35,585 nucleotides of DNA from Candidatus Thorarchaeota archaeon (GCA_020348985.1 CP070761.1:2157217-2192801); one strand, 5' to 3'. Numbered from the stretch's first letter, positions 19,135-28,894 are shown. A program made the numbers and translations. Notes: generated by a model from the letters alone, not told the origin.

Positions 19135-19431
19135 ATGGTCAAGAAGAGTCATGGATTCCGTGCCCGAACGCGAAGTCTGATGAGCAAGAGGGTACGGCAG
19201 CGCGGACTTAGTCCCTTAGGTAGCGTCTTGGTTGACTATGAAGTGGGACAACATGTAGACATTGTCATCAATCCTTCTGTCCATAAGGGCATGCCTCATC
19301 GGAGGTATCACGGGAGGACAGGCGTGGTTGTAGGTTTGAGAGGAAGAGGAGTTGTGGTCGATGTCAAGCTGGGCAAGGCCCTGAAGACTCTCATCATTCG
19401 ACCCGAGCATCTCCGAGCTAGTAAAGGTTGA
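19135..19431 (+). CDS. rpl21e: 50S ribosomal protein L21e
   Basis: SHGFRARTR, INPSVHKGMPHRRYHGRTG, IRPEHL. Confidence 0.97.
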   Translation: MVKKSHGFRARTRSLMSKRVRQRGLSPLGSVLVDYEVGQHVDIVINPSVHKGMPHRRYHGRTGVVVGLRGRGVVVDVKLGKALKTLIIRPEHLRASKG

Positions 19432-19441
19432 GTGTGACGAA

Positions 19442-19777
19442 ATGCCGAAAGAGATCGTCGAAGAGGAAGAGATCACTCTCCCTCAAGTGAAGAAGCTTTT
19501 GACACAGAGGAGAAAGGAGGGTGAATTGTCCTTTCAGCAGTCAATCACACTCGAACATGCTTCAACTTTCTCAAGAATGACCCCGGCAGTTTCACTAAGA
19601 CTTGTCGAACGACTGCTGAAGAGCTACGACATCACCCGCTCTCAAGCGGTGCAAGTCGCGAACATAGCTCCGACAACTGTTGAAGAATTGAGATCAATTC
19701 TCGGAACACGCACAACTGACTTGACAGATGAGCAGATAGCCGAAATAGTTGATATCGTAATCAAGAGCAGATCATAG
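19442..19777 (+). CDS. rpo4: RNA polymerase subunit Rpo4 (RpoF)
   Basis: ELSFQQ..TLEHA..FS, VANIAPTTVEELRSIL; conserved rpl21e-rpo4-DUF655-ksgA order. Confidence 0.92.
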   Translation: MPKEIVEEEEITLPQVKKLLTQRRKEGELSFQQSITLEHASTFSRMTPAVSLRLVERLLKSYDITRSQAVQVANIAPTTVEELRSILGTRTTDLTDEQIAEIVDIVIKSRS

Positions 19778-19922
19778 CCTCCCTAGCAGGAAAATCAGGC
19801 CTGCCAAGGTTACGAAATGGCGCTAACGACTCAATTCATTTTGCTGTTCTCCCGAACGATTTTTATCTAAAGTGCGTGTAGACACCCACAATGCGTCCAG
19901 AAACTGCCAGGAGCGAGAATGA

Positions 19923-20537
19923 GTGGAGAGTTCTGAAGGAAGACCATTCGAGACACATGCATATGTCTTGGCAGTTGTCCAGCCGAAAGTGTACTTGCGT
20001 GACTCTCGCCCAAGGGGTGAAGTTGTAGTACAAGGCGTTGGCGAGGATTTCTTTACTCTTCTTGAAATGATTCCACGACAGGGAACAAGAGCGCATCCAC
20101 AAGAACGGGTCTCGATTGATAAGGACTCGAGAGGGAAGATAGATCACGTGAGACGACGCATCTTCTATGAAGACTTGGCACCTGAGAGCTCCGCAGAATT
20201 GCCACTTGTTGTCGAGATTATCGTGACAAAGCACGAACGCAAGTATGTGGACTTCTTCAACACAGCCCAGCCGATTACAACTAGGATGCACTCGCTTCAG
20301 CTCCTTCCTGGTATCGGTCAAACCTTGATGTGGGCCCTCATAGAGGAGAGAAAGAAGGAACCCTTCAAGAGCTTCGATGACATCGCAGCCCGAACCAAGC
20401 TTCAGAATCCAAAAAAGGTGATCAGGGATAGAATCATCTCGGAGCTGCAAGAAGACGTGAAACGTTGGTTGTTCGTTCGTCCACCTAGGCGGGAAGACGA
20501 TGGTAGAACTCGTCCGCCCAGAAGAACAACACAATGA
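19923..20537 (+). CDS. DUF655 family putative RNA-binding protein
   Basis: QGVGEDFFTLLE, FFNTAQPITTRMHSLQLLPGIG, EPFKSFDDI. Confidence 0.92.
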   Translation: MESSEGRPFETHAYVLAVVQPKVYLRDSRPRGEVVVQGVGEDFFTLLEMIPRQGTRAHPQERVSIDKDSRGKIDHVRRRIFYEDLAPESSAELPLVVEIIVTKHERKYVDFFNTAQPITTRMHSLQLLPGIGQTLMWALIEERKKEPFKSFDDIAARTKLQNPKKVIRDRIISELQEDVKRWLFVRPPRREDDGRTRPPRRTTQ

Positions 20538-20546
20538 CCGGGCTGT

Positions 20547-21437
20547 GTGAAACCATTGCATCACAGCTCTGTGAAATCCATGCTTCGAAAGTACTCAGTT
20601 GATCCAGACAAGAGAAAGGGACAGAGCTTTTTGGTCGATCATGCTATCGCTAGAGACATTGTTGAGATGGCTGAACTGTCGTCTGAAGATAGTGTCCTCG
20701 AGGTCGGCGGTGGATTGGGTATACTTACTCACTGGATTGCAGAAACCGGTTGCAAGGTCAATGTGATTGAGATTGAACCAGGGCTTTGTCGGGCACTCAA
20801 TGACACCTTTGAGGAACAGGACAATGTTGCTGTTATTGAAGGCGATGCTCTGACCGTCGATCTTCCTGATGTTGACAAGGTCATCTCAAACCTACCGTAC
20901 AACATCTCATCAGAGATCACGTTTCGGCTCTTGCATGAATTGAGCTTTCAAGTCGCGGTGTTGATGTATCAGAAGGAGTTTGCAGAGAGACTAGTCGCGC
21001 AACCAGGCACATCTCACTATTCTCGTCTGACAGTGAATGCCACCTATTTGGCTTCTGTCGAGCCCGTAATGGATGTTCCCGCCACATGCTTCTATCCCAA
21101 ACCTTCTGTCGATTCGAGAGTTGTCAGGATGTACCATCGCAAGGCCGGGCCCTTCGCCAAAGATTATCGAGTGTTTCAATGGCTCGTCAGGGGAATCTAC
21201 TCCTATCCAAATAAGCAAGCCAGAAAGGCACTTGGGTTCTGGCTTCGAACACTGAGTCTTGACAAGTCGATGGTAGAGGTGATAATCCGGAAAACTAGTT
21301 CAGTCAAGGGGAATGAGCGTCTCAGGACACTCACGTTGTCTGATGTGATTTCCTTGGCGGATTCTGCCTTTGAGATGATTGAGGATGGCCTGCTTCCCGA
21401 CCCGCGGGGCGAGTCTCATGAAGATGGATCAGTTTGA
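20547..21437 (+). CDS. rsmA: 16S rRNA m6,2A dimethyltransferase RsmA/KsgA/Dim1
   Basis: GQSFLVD, VLEVGGGLGILT, SNLPYNISS, MYQKEFAERL, FYPKPSVDS. Confidence 0.95.
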   Translation: MKPLHHSSVKSMLRKYSVDPDKRKGQSFLVDHAIARDIVEMAELSSEDSVLEVGGGLGILTHWIAETGCKVNVIEIEPGLCRALNDTFEEQDNVAVIEGDALTVDLPDVDKVISNLPYNISSEITFRLLHELSFQVAVLMYQKEFAERLVAQPGTSHYSRLTVNATYLASVEPVMDVPATCFYPKPSVDSRVVRMYHRKAGPFAKDYRVFQWLVRGIYSYPNKQARKALGFWLRTLSLDKSMVEVIIRKTSSVKGNERLRTLTLSDVISLADSAFEMIEDGLLPDPRGESHEDGSV

Positions 21438-22029
21438 CCTTGAAGTCCATCCCTCCGTCTATCCTCCGTCCGAGGACTCGTTTCTCCTGTACGATTCCGT
21501 GTCAATTGATTCTTCAGATGTTGTTCTAGACATGGGTTGCGGTGCTGGGATCCTTGCTCTGAAGGCGGCCAAACTAGGAAAGCAAGTAGTGGCAGTAGAT
21601 GTGTCTTGGGATGCTGTTGCCAACACGGAATTCAATCTTGCCCGTAACAATCTCTCTCACAAGTGCACTGTAATCCAATCAGACCTCACCTCTGCGATTG
21701 ACGATAGTGCGAGGTTTTCCCTTATAGCGTGCAACCCTCCATATGTACCAGCAAGCGATGACCGAACACAGCTTGATCATGCACTTGTTGGGGGCAAAGT
21801 TGGGATAGAATTCACACTGCGTCTTATAGCCGCAGTCAGACCCCACCTCATTGATGGAGGCTCAATGTATCTTGTTGTAACCTCCATTGGCAACTTCGAC
21901 CTGATAACAGAAAAGATGGCGAAAGAAGGACTGTCTGTAGAAAGGATAGCAAGAAGACGCATGTTTTTTGAGGAGTTATCTGTTCTTCGAGGCAGGGTCC
22001 AGGAAGACTACAAGGAAACCGTTTTATGA
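21418..22029 (+). CDS. HemK2/N6AMT1-like release-factor glutamine methyltransferase
   Basis: VYPPSEDSFLL, LDMGCGAG, NPPY, FFEEL. Confidence 0.88.
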   Translation: MKMDQFDLEVHPSVYPPSEDSFLLYDSVSIDSSDVVLDMGCGAGILALKAAKLGKQVVAVDVSWDAVANTEFNLARNNLSHKCTVIQSDLTSAIDDSARFSLIACNPPYVPASDDRTQLDHALVGGKVGIEFTLRLIAAVRPHLIDGGSMYLVVTSIGNFDLITEKMAKEGLSVERIARRRMFFEELSVLRGRVQEDYKETVL

Positions 22030-22084
22030 AGCTCATAGGGTGGGCGAATGGACGGTTATTCTGAACCTTGAGGGGCAAGACACC

Positions 22085-22879
22085 ATGTCCGAAGATGATA
22101 GCCAAGAAAAGGCAACTGAGAAGAAGGCCAAGGAGCAGGCAGGCAAGAAGAGTAGATCCTCGGCCACGGTCGACGAAAACAGTCTCGTTTACATTGACTA
22201 CGTTGGAAGAACAAAGGACGACGGCAAAATCTTTGATTTGACTGACGAGGAAGTCGCGAAAGAAGAGGGACTGTACAAAGAGGATGGTAGATACGAACCG
22301 GTTCTTGTGGCTATTGGATGGAACTGGCTTCTCGGAGCTCTTGAAGAAGAAATCGTTGGAATGAAGGTTGGTGAGAAGAAGACCATAGAGATCCCGCCTG
22401 AGAAAGGTGCCGGACCTAGAGACCCCAAGAAGATCAAGCTGATAGCAAAGACCAAGCTTGCCAAGCAAGGTGTCAGGCCGATGAAGGGAGAAGAGATTAC
22501 GTTCGGTCACGAACGCGGCGTTGTCAGTCAGGTTTTGGGTCGAAGAGTTAGAGTAGATTTCAACAGCCCACTGGCCGGGAAGACGCTTGTCTTCGACGTC
22601 ACTGTCAGGGAGATAGTGACCGACACAAAAGACAAGATGATGGCTGTGATCAAGAGACGTATTCCAGGCTTGCCAGAGGATACATACAGTGTTTCTGTAA
22701 AAGGTAAGGTCGTGACAGTCAATCTTCCGAAGGAATCTAGGTACATTCAGGATGTTCAATATGCAGAGATAGGAATCGCAGCGGATTTGCTTAAGGTTCA
22801 TGAGGCGGTCCAAGAGGTTAAGCTGGTTGTGACGTTCGAAAGACCAGAACCGCCAAAGACTGAAAAGGACTCCTCGTGA
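22085..22879 (+). CDS. Long-type archaeal FKBP peptidyl-prolyl isomerase (SlyD-like)
   Basis: IDYVGR..DGKIFD, YEPVLV, IPPEKG.G.RDP, VDFNSPLAGKTLVF. Confidence 0.92.
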   Translation: MSEDDSQEKATEKKAKEQAGKKSRSSATVDENSLVYIDYVGRTKDDGKIFDLTDEEVAKEEGLYKEDGRYEPVLVAIGWNWLLGALEEEIVGMKVGEKKTIEIPPEKGAGPRDPKKIKLIAKTKLAKQGVRPMKGEEITFGHERGVVSQVLGRRVRVDFNSPLAGKTLVFDVTVREIVTDTKDKMMAVIKRRIPGLPEDTYSVSVKGKVVTVNLPKESRYIQDVQYAEIGIAADLLKVHEAVQEVKLVVTFERPEPPKTEKDSS

Positions 22880-22998
22880 CACTAACAGCCGCGAACCTGA
22901 GAAATGTCGTCTGCGTAACGTTAAAAAGGAGAAATTTGGTTCGAGTGATTGTCACTCGTTCTTTGACACCATATCTTTCAGATAGGGAGTTTATCAAC

Positions 22999-23640
22999 AT
23001 GGAACATGAGCTTCAGCCTCCTGCTGAGGTCACAAAGACAGGAACAACTACTGTCGGGCTTGTTGCCAAGGACTGTGTTGTCTTGGCTAGCGACCAGAGA
23101 GCAACTATGGGTTTTCTCATAGCGAACAAGACTGCGCAAAAGATCTACAAGATTACAGACAGAATTGGAGTCACTATTGCGGGCTCAGTTGCTGACGCCC
23201 AGAATATAGTAGACCTTCTCAGAGCAGAAGCCAAGCTCTTTGAGATTCAAAGAGATAGGCCTATCCGCGTGAAGGCTTTGACTCGTCTCCTTAGCAACAT
23301 CATGTTTCAGGCGCGAGGGATGTATGTGGTGGGGTTCGTCGTCGGAGGCTTTGATGATGAGGGACCTCAACTCTATATGAGCGACTTCATAGGATCAATC
23401 CTATCGGACAAGTTTGTGGGTACAGGATCAGGTTCACCTGTTGCTCTCGGTGTTCTCGAGACCGCCTACAAAGATGACATGCCAAAGAAGAAAGCAATAG
23501 AGTTGGCAGTCCAGGCAATTGCATCCGCTATTGAGAGGGATGCAGCCACTGGTAACTCTATTCTTGTTAGTGTCTTGGATAAGGATGGCTATCAGGCCAT
23601 CGACAGCGACACTATCATGAAGATTTGGAAGAAACAGTGA
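22999..23640 (+). CDS. psmB: Proteasome beta subunit
   Basis: Propeptide ...KTG|TTTVG, ASDQRAT, AGSVADAQ, GSGS, RDAATG. Confidence 0.95.
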   Translation: MEHELQPPAEVTKTGTTTVGLVAKDCVVLASDQRATMGFLIANKTAQKIYKITDRIGVTIAGSVADAQNIVDLLRAEAKLFEIQRDRPIRVKALTRLLSNIMFQARGMYVVGFVVGGFDDEGPQLYMSDFIGSILSDKFVGTGSGSPVALGVLETAYKDDMPKKKAIELAVQAIASAIERDAATGNSILVSVLDKDGYQAIDSDTIMKIWKKQ

Positions 23641-23756
23641 AAGATTCCCGATTGACTTGCTGGATTGGATGAGAACTCAATCCTCTCCCAAGTCAGATGG
23701 GAGTGTCTTGTATGACGGCGGGAAGTAAAAACCGCAGACCCGTGATGTGAGAATTA

Positions 23757-25670
23757 ATGCAATCCGATGAACAGCAAGAATACGTTGATATTCGCGAGCT
23801 TGTCAGGCAGGCCCTTCCGCGCACTGCCTCAATCAGCGCAGTCGAGTATGAAGGACCAGAGATTGCTATATACTCCAAGGCACCAAAGATTTTGCATGAT
23901 GAAGGCGACATGATCAAGTCACTCGCCCGCAAAATGCGAAAGCGGCTAGTTGTCAGATCTGCGCCCGAAGTCAGACTGCCTCACGAGGACGCGGAAAGAG
24001 CTGTTCGAGAACTCGTTCCCGAAGAAGCTGAAATCACGTCGGTTGATTTTGACGACTCTCGCGGAGAAGTCATAATCGAGGCCCAGAAGCCGGGTCTTGT
24101 AATCGGTAGAAGCGGGGCGACTCTTAGAGAGATTACGAGACAGACATTCTGGCGTCCTAGCGTGATCAGAACCCCTCCAATTGAGAGCAACTTGATCAAG
24201 CAGATTCGCTACATTGTTCAATCTGAAGCGGCGAAGAGAAATAGGACATTCCGCGAGATTGGCAGACGAATTCATCGCCCAACTCTTGTAAACAATGGCT
24301 GGATTAGACTGGCGGCATTGGGAGGTTTCCGTGAAGTAGGTCGGCAATGCATGTTCCTTCAGACCTCCGAAAGCAATGTCCTGATTGACTGTGGCGTCAA
24401 TGTTGGGACTCCTACTAGGGCCTTCCCTCGTTTTGACATGCCTGAGTTCAGCATTGAAGAACTCGATGCAGTCGTGGTTACTCATGCACACCTTGATCAT
24501 TGCGGCATGGTGCCCTTCCTGTTCAAGTATGGATACAAGGGTCCAGTCTACATGACTGCTCCAACTCTGAACCTGGCAACCCTTCTCCAGCTGGACTACC
24601 TTGATGTTGCAGAACGAGAAGGCAAGCTCAGACCGTTCAGGGATAAAGATGTCAAAGAGTCGATTCTGCACACTATTGCGCTCAACTACGGTGAGGTCAC
24701 TGATATTGCACCCGATGTGCGCTTGACCTTACACAATGCCGGTCATATTCTTGGTTCTTCAATAGTGCATCTGCATGTTGGGGATGGTATGTACAACCTA
24801 GCGTATACTGGTGACTTCAAGTTTGGAAGAACAAGATTGCTGGAACCAGCTACCTTCACGTTTCCACGTCTTGAGACCCTGATTCTGGAGAGTACCTATG
24901 GACACCCCACCGACAAGATGCCTCCTAGACAGGAAGTTGAGAGAAAACTGGCCACAGTCATAAGGAGAACTCTTGAACGTGGCGGAAAAGTGCTCATTCC
25001 TGTTCTTGCAGTTGGTCGAGCTCAGGAAATGATGGTCGTAATTGAAGACCTTGTTTCCAAGAGGAGGATTCCAAAGGTACCAGTTTACATTGAAGGAATG
25101 ATTGCTCAAGCTACAGCCATTCACACAACACATCCAGAGGCTCTTAGTAAGAAGATTCGTGAAATGATCTTTCATCAAGGAGTCAATCCATTCCTAAGTG
25201 ATATCTTTGTGCAGGTTGACCATCCTGAAAAGAGAGAGGAGATTGTGGAAGGCGGTCCCTGTATCATCATGGCCACATCTGGAATGATGGCGGGAGGGCC
25301 TAGTGTAGAATACTTCCGCCTCCTTGCTGCCGAAGAGAAGAACACACTCGTCTTTTGTTCTTACCAGGGCGAAAACACATTGGGCCGCAGAATACAGAAG
25401 GGTTGGAAAGAGATACAGATGCGTAACCGCGAAGGAAAGACCACTGTCATACCGGTGAATCTTGAGGTAACAACCGTCGAAGGATTCTCAGGCCATTCGG
25501 ACCGAAAACAGATTCTGAACTTCGTCAAACGCGTAAACCCATCTCCAGAACGTGTGTTGGTTTGCCATGGCGAAGCATCGAAGTGTCTCAATTTGGCATC
25601 TACGATTCACAAGGCGCTCAACATTGACACAAAGGCCTTGATGGTCACTGAGAACATCAAGCTCAGGTAG
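23757..25670 (+). CDS. beta-CASP ribonuclease aCPSF1 / transcription termination factor FttA
   Basis: N-terminal KH domains (EYEGPEI, KPGLVIGRSG), LGGFREVGR, THAHLDH, GFSGHSDR; conserved psmB-aCPSF1 pair. Confidence 0.95.
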   Translation: MQSDEQQEYVDIRELVRQALPRTASISAVEYEGPEIAIYSKAPKILHDEGDMIKSLARKMRKRLVVRSAPEVRLPHEDAERAVRELVPEEAEITSVDFDDSRGEVIIEAQKPGLVIGRSGATLREITRQTFWRPSVIRTPPIESNLIKQIRYIVQSEAAKRNRTFREIGRRIHRPTLVNNGWIRLAALGGFREVGRQCMFLQTSESNVLIDCGVNVGTPTRAFPRFDMPEFSIEELDAVVVTHAHLDHCGMVPFLFKYGYKGPVYMTAPTLNLATLLQLDYLDVAEREGKLRPFRDKDVKESILHTIALNYGEVTDIAPDVRLTLHNAGHILGSSIVHLHVGDGMYNLAYTGDFKFGRTRLLEPATFTFPRLETLILESTYGHPTDKMPPRQEVERKLATVIRRTLERGGKVLIPVLAVGRAQEMMVVIEDLVSKRRIPKVPVYIEGMIAQATAIHTTHPEALSKKIREMIFHQGVNPFLSDIFVQVDHPEKREEIVEGGPCIIMATSGMMAGGPSVEYFRLLAAEEKNTLVFCSYQGENTLGRRIQKGWKEIQMRNREGKTTVIPVNLEVTTVEGFSGHSDRKQILNFVKRVNPSPERVLVCHGEASKCLNLASTIHKALNIDTKALMVTENIKLR

Positions 25671-25711
25671 AGCAGAAAACATGCTTGCAGTTTGAGGAAA
25701 TCACTCGTCGA

Positions 25712-26113
25712 CTAGAATCTGACAAAGGACGGAGTCACTATTACACATTCATCGTTGATCAGAGCTATGTCTGCATTCAGACTTCGAGTCTGACCACGGA
25801 TTCTCTCTATGATTCTCTTTAGCTCCAGTTGAGACTGTTCTTTCCCAACATTTAGACTTGATATGTCCAGTAGGATGATGTTACCATCTCTGACTTGGTT
25901 GACCACGTACGGGACATCCTCTAACGATTCGAGTCGTTTGGACTTGATGAATATCGATTCCAACTCCGCAAGTCGTCGACATTCATGAGCCGGATCAGAA
26001 TCAGATGGTTTGATGAGTGGTGAGAAGATGCCTAGTCCTGAATAGGGCCTGGATGTTTCCTGTTCGTTGGATTCGTCCTCTTTGTTCCCTTTGCGCCTAA
26101 AGAGAAATCGCAC
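25712..26113 (-). CDS. sepF: Cell division protein SepF (archaeal type)
   Basis: LESLEDVP..V.DGNIILLDIS.L...ELKRIIERI...ADIALI....VIVTP..V; basic/hydrophobic N-terminal membrane-targeting stretch MRFLFRRK. Confidence 0.85.
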   Translation of the reverse strand: MRFLFRRKGNKEDESNEQETSRPYSGLGIFSPLIKPSDSDPAHECRRLAELESIFIKSKRLESLEDVPYVVNQVRDGNIILLDISSLNVGKEQSQLELKRIIERIRGQTRSLNADIALINDECVIVTPSFVRF

Positions 26114-26229
26114 TCGGTTTCACCTCATGAGCGACGAGACTGAGAGATGTATGAAGAAAAGGCCGAGTATTACGAACGCTTCTGTCGGTAAACCTTATCT
26201 CGTTCACTCGGCAATTACGAGTGATTATC

Positions 26230-28890
26230 ATGTCTGGCGGCTTAGACGAAGCTTCTACGACTGCCATGCTGCAAAGCAAGCTCAAGGCTCTTGGCAACAG
26301 ATATGCTGCTGAGATACTTCAGGTCTTGAACCCGAGTGAAGGGGACATCATATCGTCATTTGGATGGGACGAAATAGTTGAAGGGATTCTGAGTCTTAGA
26401 GGAATCTTGACATCGTATCCACGTGGAAAGCAGCACAGAACACAGGAGCAGGCAGAGTATGAGAAACTTCGAACTAGGTTGACGTCAGGAGGCACGCTCT
26501 ACGAGAGCATGAGCAAACTCGTGAAAGTAGGGTTCGTGCAAGCGGCCGGAGAAAGGCGCAAGAAGCAACGAAGATTCATGATTACACATGAAGGAAGACT
26601 TGCACTGGCTGCAGTCGGAATCATGCATGAACCCTCCAGCGCTGACACTGAGGTCCAGAGAGCTGCGAAGATTCTGCTCAAACACAAGAACTTCGTGAGC
26701 CTGTTGCCTGCCCAAGAGAAGTTCATCAGAGAGATTGGAGAGATCGAGGGCAATCTTGTCATTCAGATGCCTCCAGGATCTGGAAAAACATTCCTTGCCA
26801 TGATAGCGATTCTCCTAAGACTTCAGCGTGGCATTAGATGCCTGTATCTTACGCCGTACACGTCACTAAGCCGGCAGATAATGGACGAGTACGGTGAGAT
26901 CTTCAGGAATCTTGGGTTCTCAGCAGTGAGACACGACGGCCATTCACCAGCTGACCAGGAGGACCTGAGGCAGGCCGATTTGGTAGTTGCTATCTACGAG
27001 AGCTTCGCATCAGCCTATCTCCAGGAAAAGCGGTGGACGAAGAACATTGGTCTTGTCGTTGTCGACGAGCTCACTGAGCTGGACTCAATGATCGACCAAC
27101 TGAGAGCTGCTGACATCGGTGTTGATCGAAGCATCCGACTTGACTGTGTGATCACTCTGCTAAAGAGAGCTACACAAATTGTCACTCTTTCATCTCGCTT
27201 CGGCGAAACAAATCGCGTGGCGAGATGGCTTCAAGCAAGTGTGTTTAGACCGAGTGCAAGAATCATGCCGGATGAGTATATAGCAGTAAGAACCGTGGAT
27301 GATGTTGAGATCTACAGTAGCGATAGAAGTCAGAGAGCAATTGTCAAGTCACAGGACTTGCTAAGCTCGGTAATGTCGCATATGGGTGATTTCGAAAAGA
27401 AATCGATTCTTGTTGTGGTTGGATGGAGGTACGGAGCCGAATCTGTTGCTGAGAGATTCGCAGAAGACTACCCGCACAGAGTTGAACAGACCACAATTGA
27501 TTCAATTGTGAGTCCCTCTGACAATGCCCCAACTGCTCAACGATTGAGAGGGCTTCTTGCCAGAGGTACTGCCTTTCATCATGCCGGTCTTGATGCCGAT
27601 ATACGAGCACGACTTGAAAGAGCTATTAAAACTGGATATATCAAGACAGTAGTATCGACCACCGGGATCACTTCTGGAACGAGCTTCCCGTTCGATTCAG
27701 TAATCATCCTATTCAGTTTGATTGGATTCAAAGTGTCTAGGTCAAAGTATCTACAGATAGCAGGGCGCATTGGAGAATACTACCTTGCTGAACGTGGGGG
27801 AAGTGTCTATTTGCTCTTTGATGGTCCAACGAGGTTCTTTGAAAGTCCTGAGACTCTTGAATATACACTATTGCATGAGCCTTTGCATTCCCTCAAGCCC
27901 GGGCCCTTGTTCCCGCAACTTATGGCAAGCTTGGTGATGAGAAAGATATCCAAAGGCAGGCCATTCAAGCGCGAGAAACTGGAGAAGGATTTCATACAGC
28001 TAGTTAGCGAGACCTTCAGAGCTGAAGGAGACCAGAAATATGTCGATGAAATGAGGGTGAGATTTGGGCATCTCTTCGATTGGCTGATTGATGAACAGGT
28101 GATTGAGTCCCGAAAGGATGGTCTCAAGATTCAACCCGAAGCGCGAGCAGCAGTTCTTTCAGGTGTAAACATAATAGAATTCGTTCATGTGCGAGAGAGG
28201 CTGCAGCGTCTCGACACTGAAACGCCAGACAATGAACTCTTGGAGCTTGTACTTGATTTCGCGCTGCCCAGGACCATCCGACCGAAGACTGTTGATCCAT
28301 ACGAGATTGAGCTTAGGATCATGAATCTGGAGCCGCCGGGAGATTGGTATCGAAACCTCGTGATTGGGCGAGAACGCGTTAAATTGCATGTACTAGAACA
28401 ATGGATCAACGAAAGCAATGTTGATGACATCATCAGAATGGCGGCGAAAGAAACGAGGGAGAACGACATAAGTCTGGACGAGGGCGACTTGAAGTACTTG
28501 GTCGAAATATGTAGTGCCGTTGCTGAGAATCTGGCAGACTATCTCGCTTCAGTCAGAATGAGAAAGGCAAGCAGAAGAATGTGGACATTCAGCAGGCAGC
28601 TACGCTACGGTGTCAGAGAGGACCTTGCTGAGACTGATCTATTCGAAGTAGTTGTACCAGTGATAGACTCAGGACCATCTAGGAGTCTGACGAGAGCTGA
28701 GGTTAGGATTCTATCGAATCAAGGATATCATACTGTAGAAAACGTCGTCAAGAAAGACATCGATGCTGAGAAGGCCGGCCTTGCCAGAGACAGGTTCGCA
28801 GCCAACTCCGGACTGCCAAAAGAACTTGCAAAAGAGATCTACAAAGCAGCACTGGCACACTACAGGTCGAGCCTTGGGGTCGACCAGTAG
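26230..28890 (+). CDS. Divergent Ski2/Hel308-like SF2 helicase fused to N-terminal winged HTH
   Basis: LLPAQ, MPPGSGKT, YLTPYTSL, VVDELT, AFHHAGL, QIAGRIG, QLRYGVREDL; N-terminal LKALGN...TLYESMSKLVKVGFV...FMITHEG wHTH pattern. Confidence 0.85.
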   Translation: MSGGLDEASTTAMLQSKLKALGNRYAAEILQVLNPSEGDIISSFGWDEIVEGILSLRGILTSYPRGKQHRTQEQAEYEKLRTRLTSGGTLYESMSKLVKVGFVQAAGERRKKQRRFMITHEGRLALAAVGIMHEPSSADTEVQRAAKILLKHKNFVSLLPAQEKFIREIGEIEGNLVIQMPPGSGKTFLAMIAILLRLQRGIRCLYLTPYTSLSRQIMDEYGEIFRNLGFSAVRHDGHSPADQEDLRQADLVVAIYESFASAYLQEKRWTKNIGLVVVDELTELDSMIDQLRAADIGVDRSIRLDCVITLLKRATQIVTLSSRFGETNRVARWLQASVFRPSARIMPDEYIAVRTVDDVEIYSSDRSQRAIVKSQDLLSSVMSHMGDFEKKSILVVVGWRYGAESVAERFAEDYPHRVEQTTIDSIVSPSDNAPTAQRLRGLLARGTAFHHAGLDADIRARLERAIKTGYIKTVVSTTGITSGTSFPFDSVIILFSLIGFKVSRSKYLQIAGRIGEYYLAERGGSVYLLFDGPTRFFESPETLEYTLLHEPLHSLKPGPLFPQLMASLVMRKISKGRPFKREKLEKDFIQLVSETFRAEGDQKYVDEMRVRFGHLFDWLIDEQVIESRKDGLKIQPEARAAVLSGVNIIEFVHVRERLQRLDTETPDNELLELVLDFALPRTIRPKTVDPYEIELRIMNLEPPGDWYRNLVIGRERVKLHVLEQWINESNVDDIIRMAAKETRENDISLDEGDLKYLVEICSAVAENLADYLASVRMRKASRRMWTFSRQLRYGVREDLAETDLFEVVVPVIDSGPSRSLTRAEVRILSNQGYHTVENVVKKDIDAEKAGLARDRFAANSGLPKELAKEIYKAALAHYRSSLGVDQ

Positions 28891-28894
28891 GCTT

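Noticed and set aside
21848-22882. 344-aa minus-strand ORF (also 19863-20564, 23946-24671, 721-1290 and other antisense ORFs)
   Set aside because: Shadow frames opposite well-conserved genes, with no recognisable motifs
23710-23750. SECIS-like ATGA...AAA...TGAT with in-frame TGA before aCPSF1
   Set aside because: Helix II geometry does not fit a SECIS/K-turn core, and aCPSF1 is complete from ATG 23757; no selenoprotein candidate seen
26162-26212. GCCGAGT/ACTCGGC plus GAACG/CGTTC inverted repeat in the sepF/helicase intergenic region
   Set aside because: It spans the probable TATA box, so it is unlikely to be transcribed whole; compatible with chance
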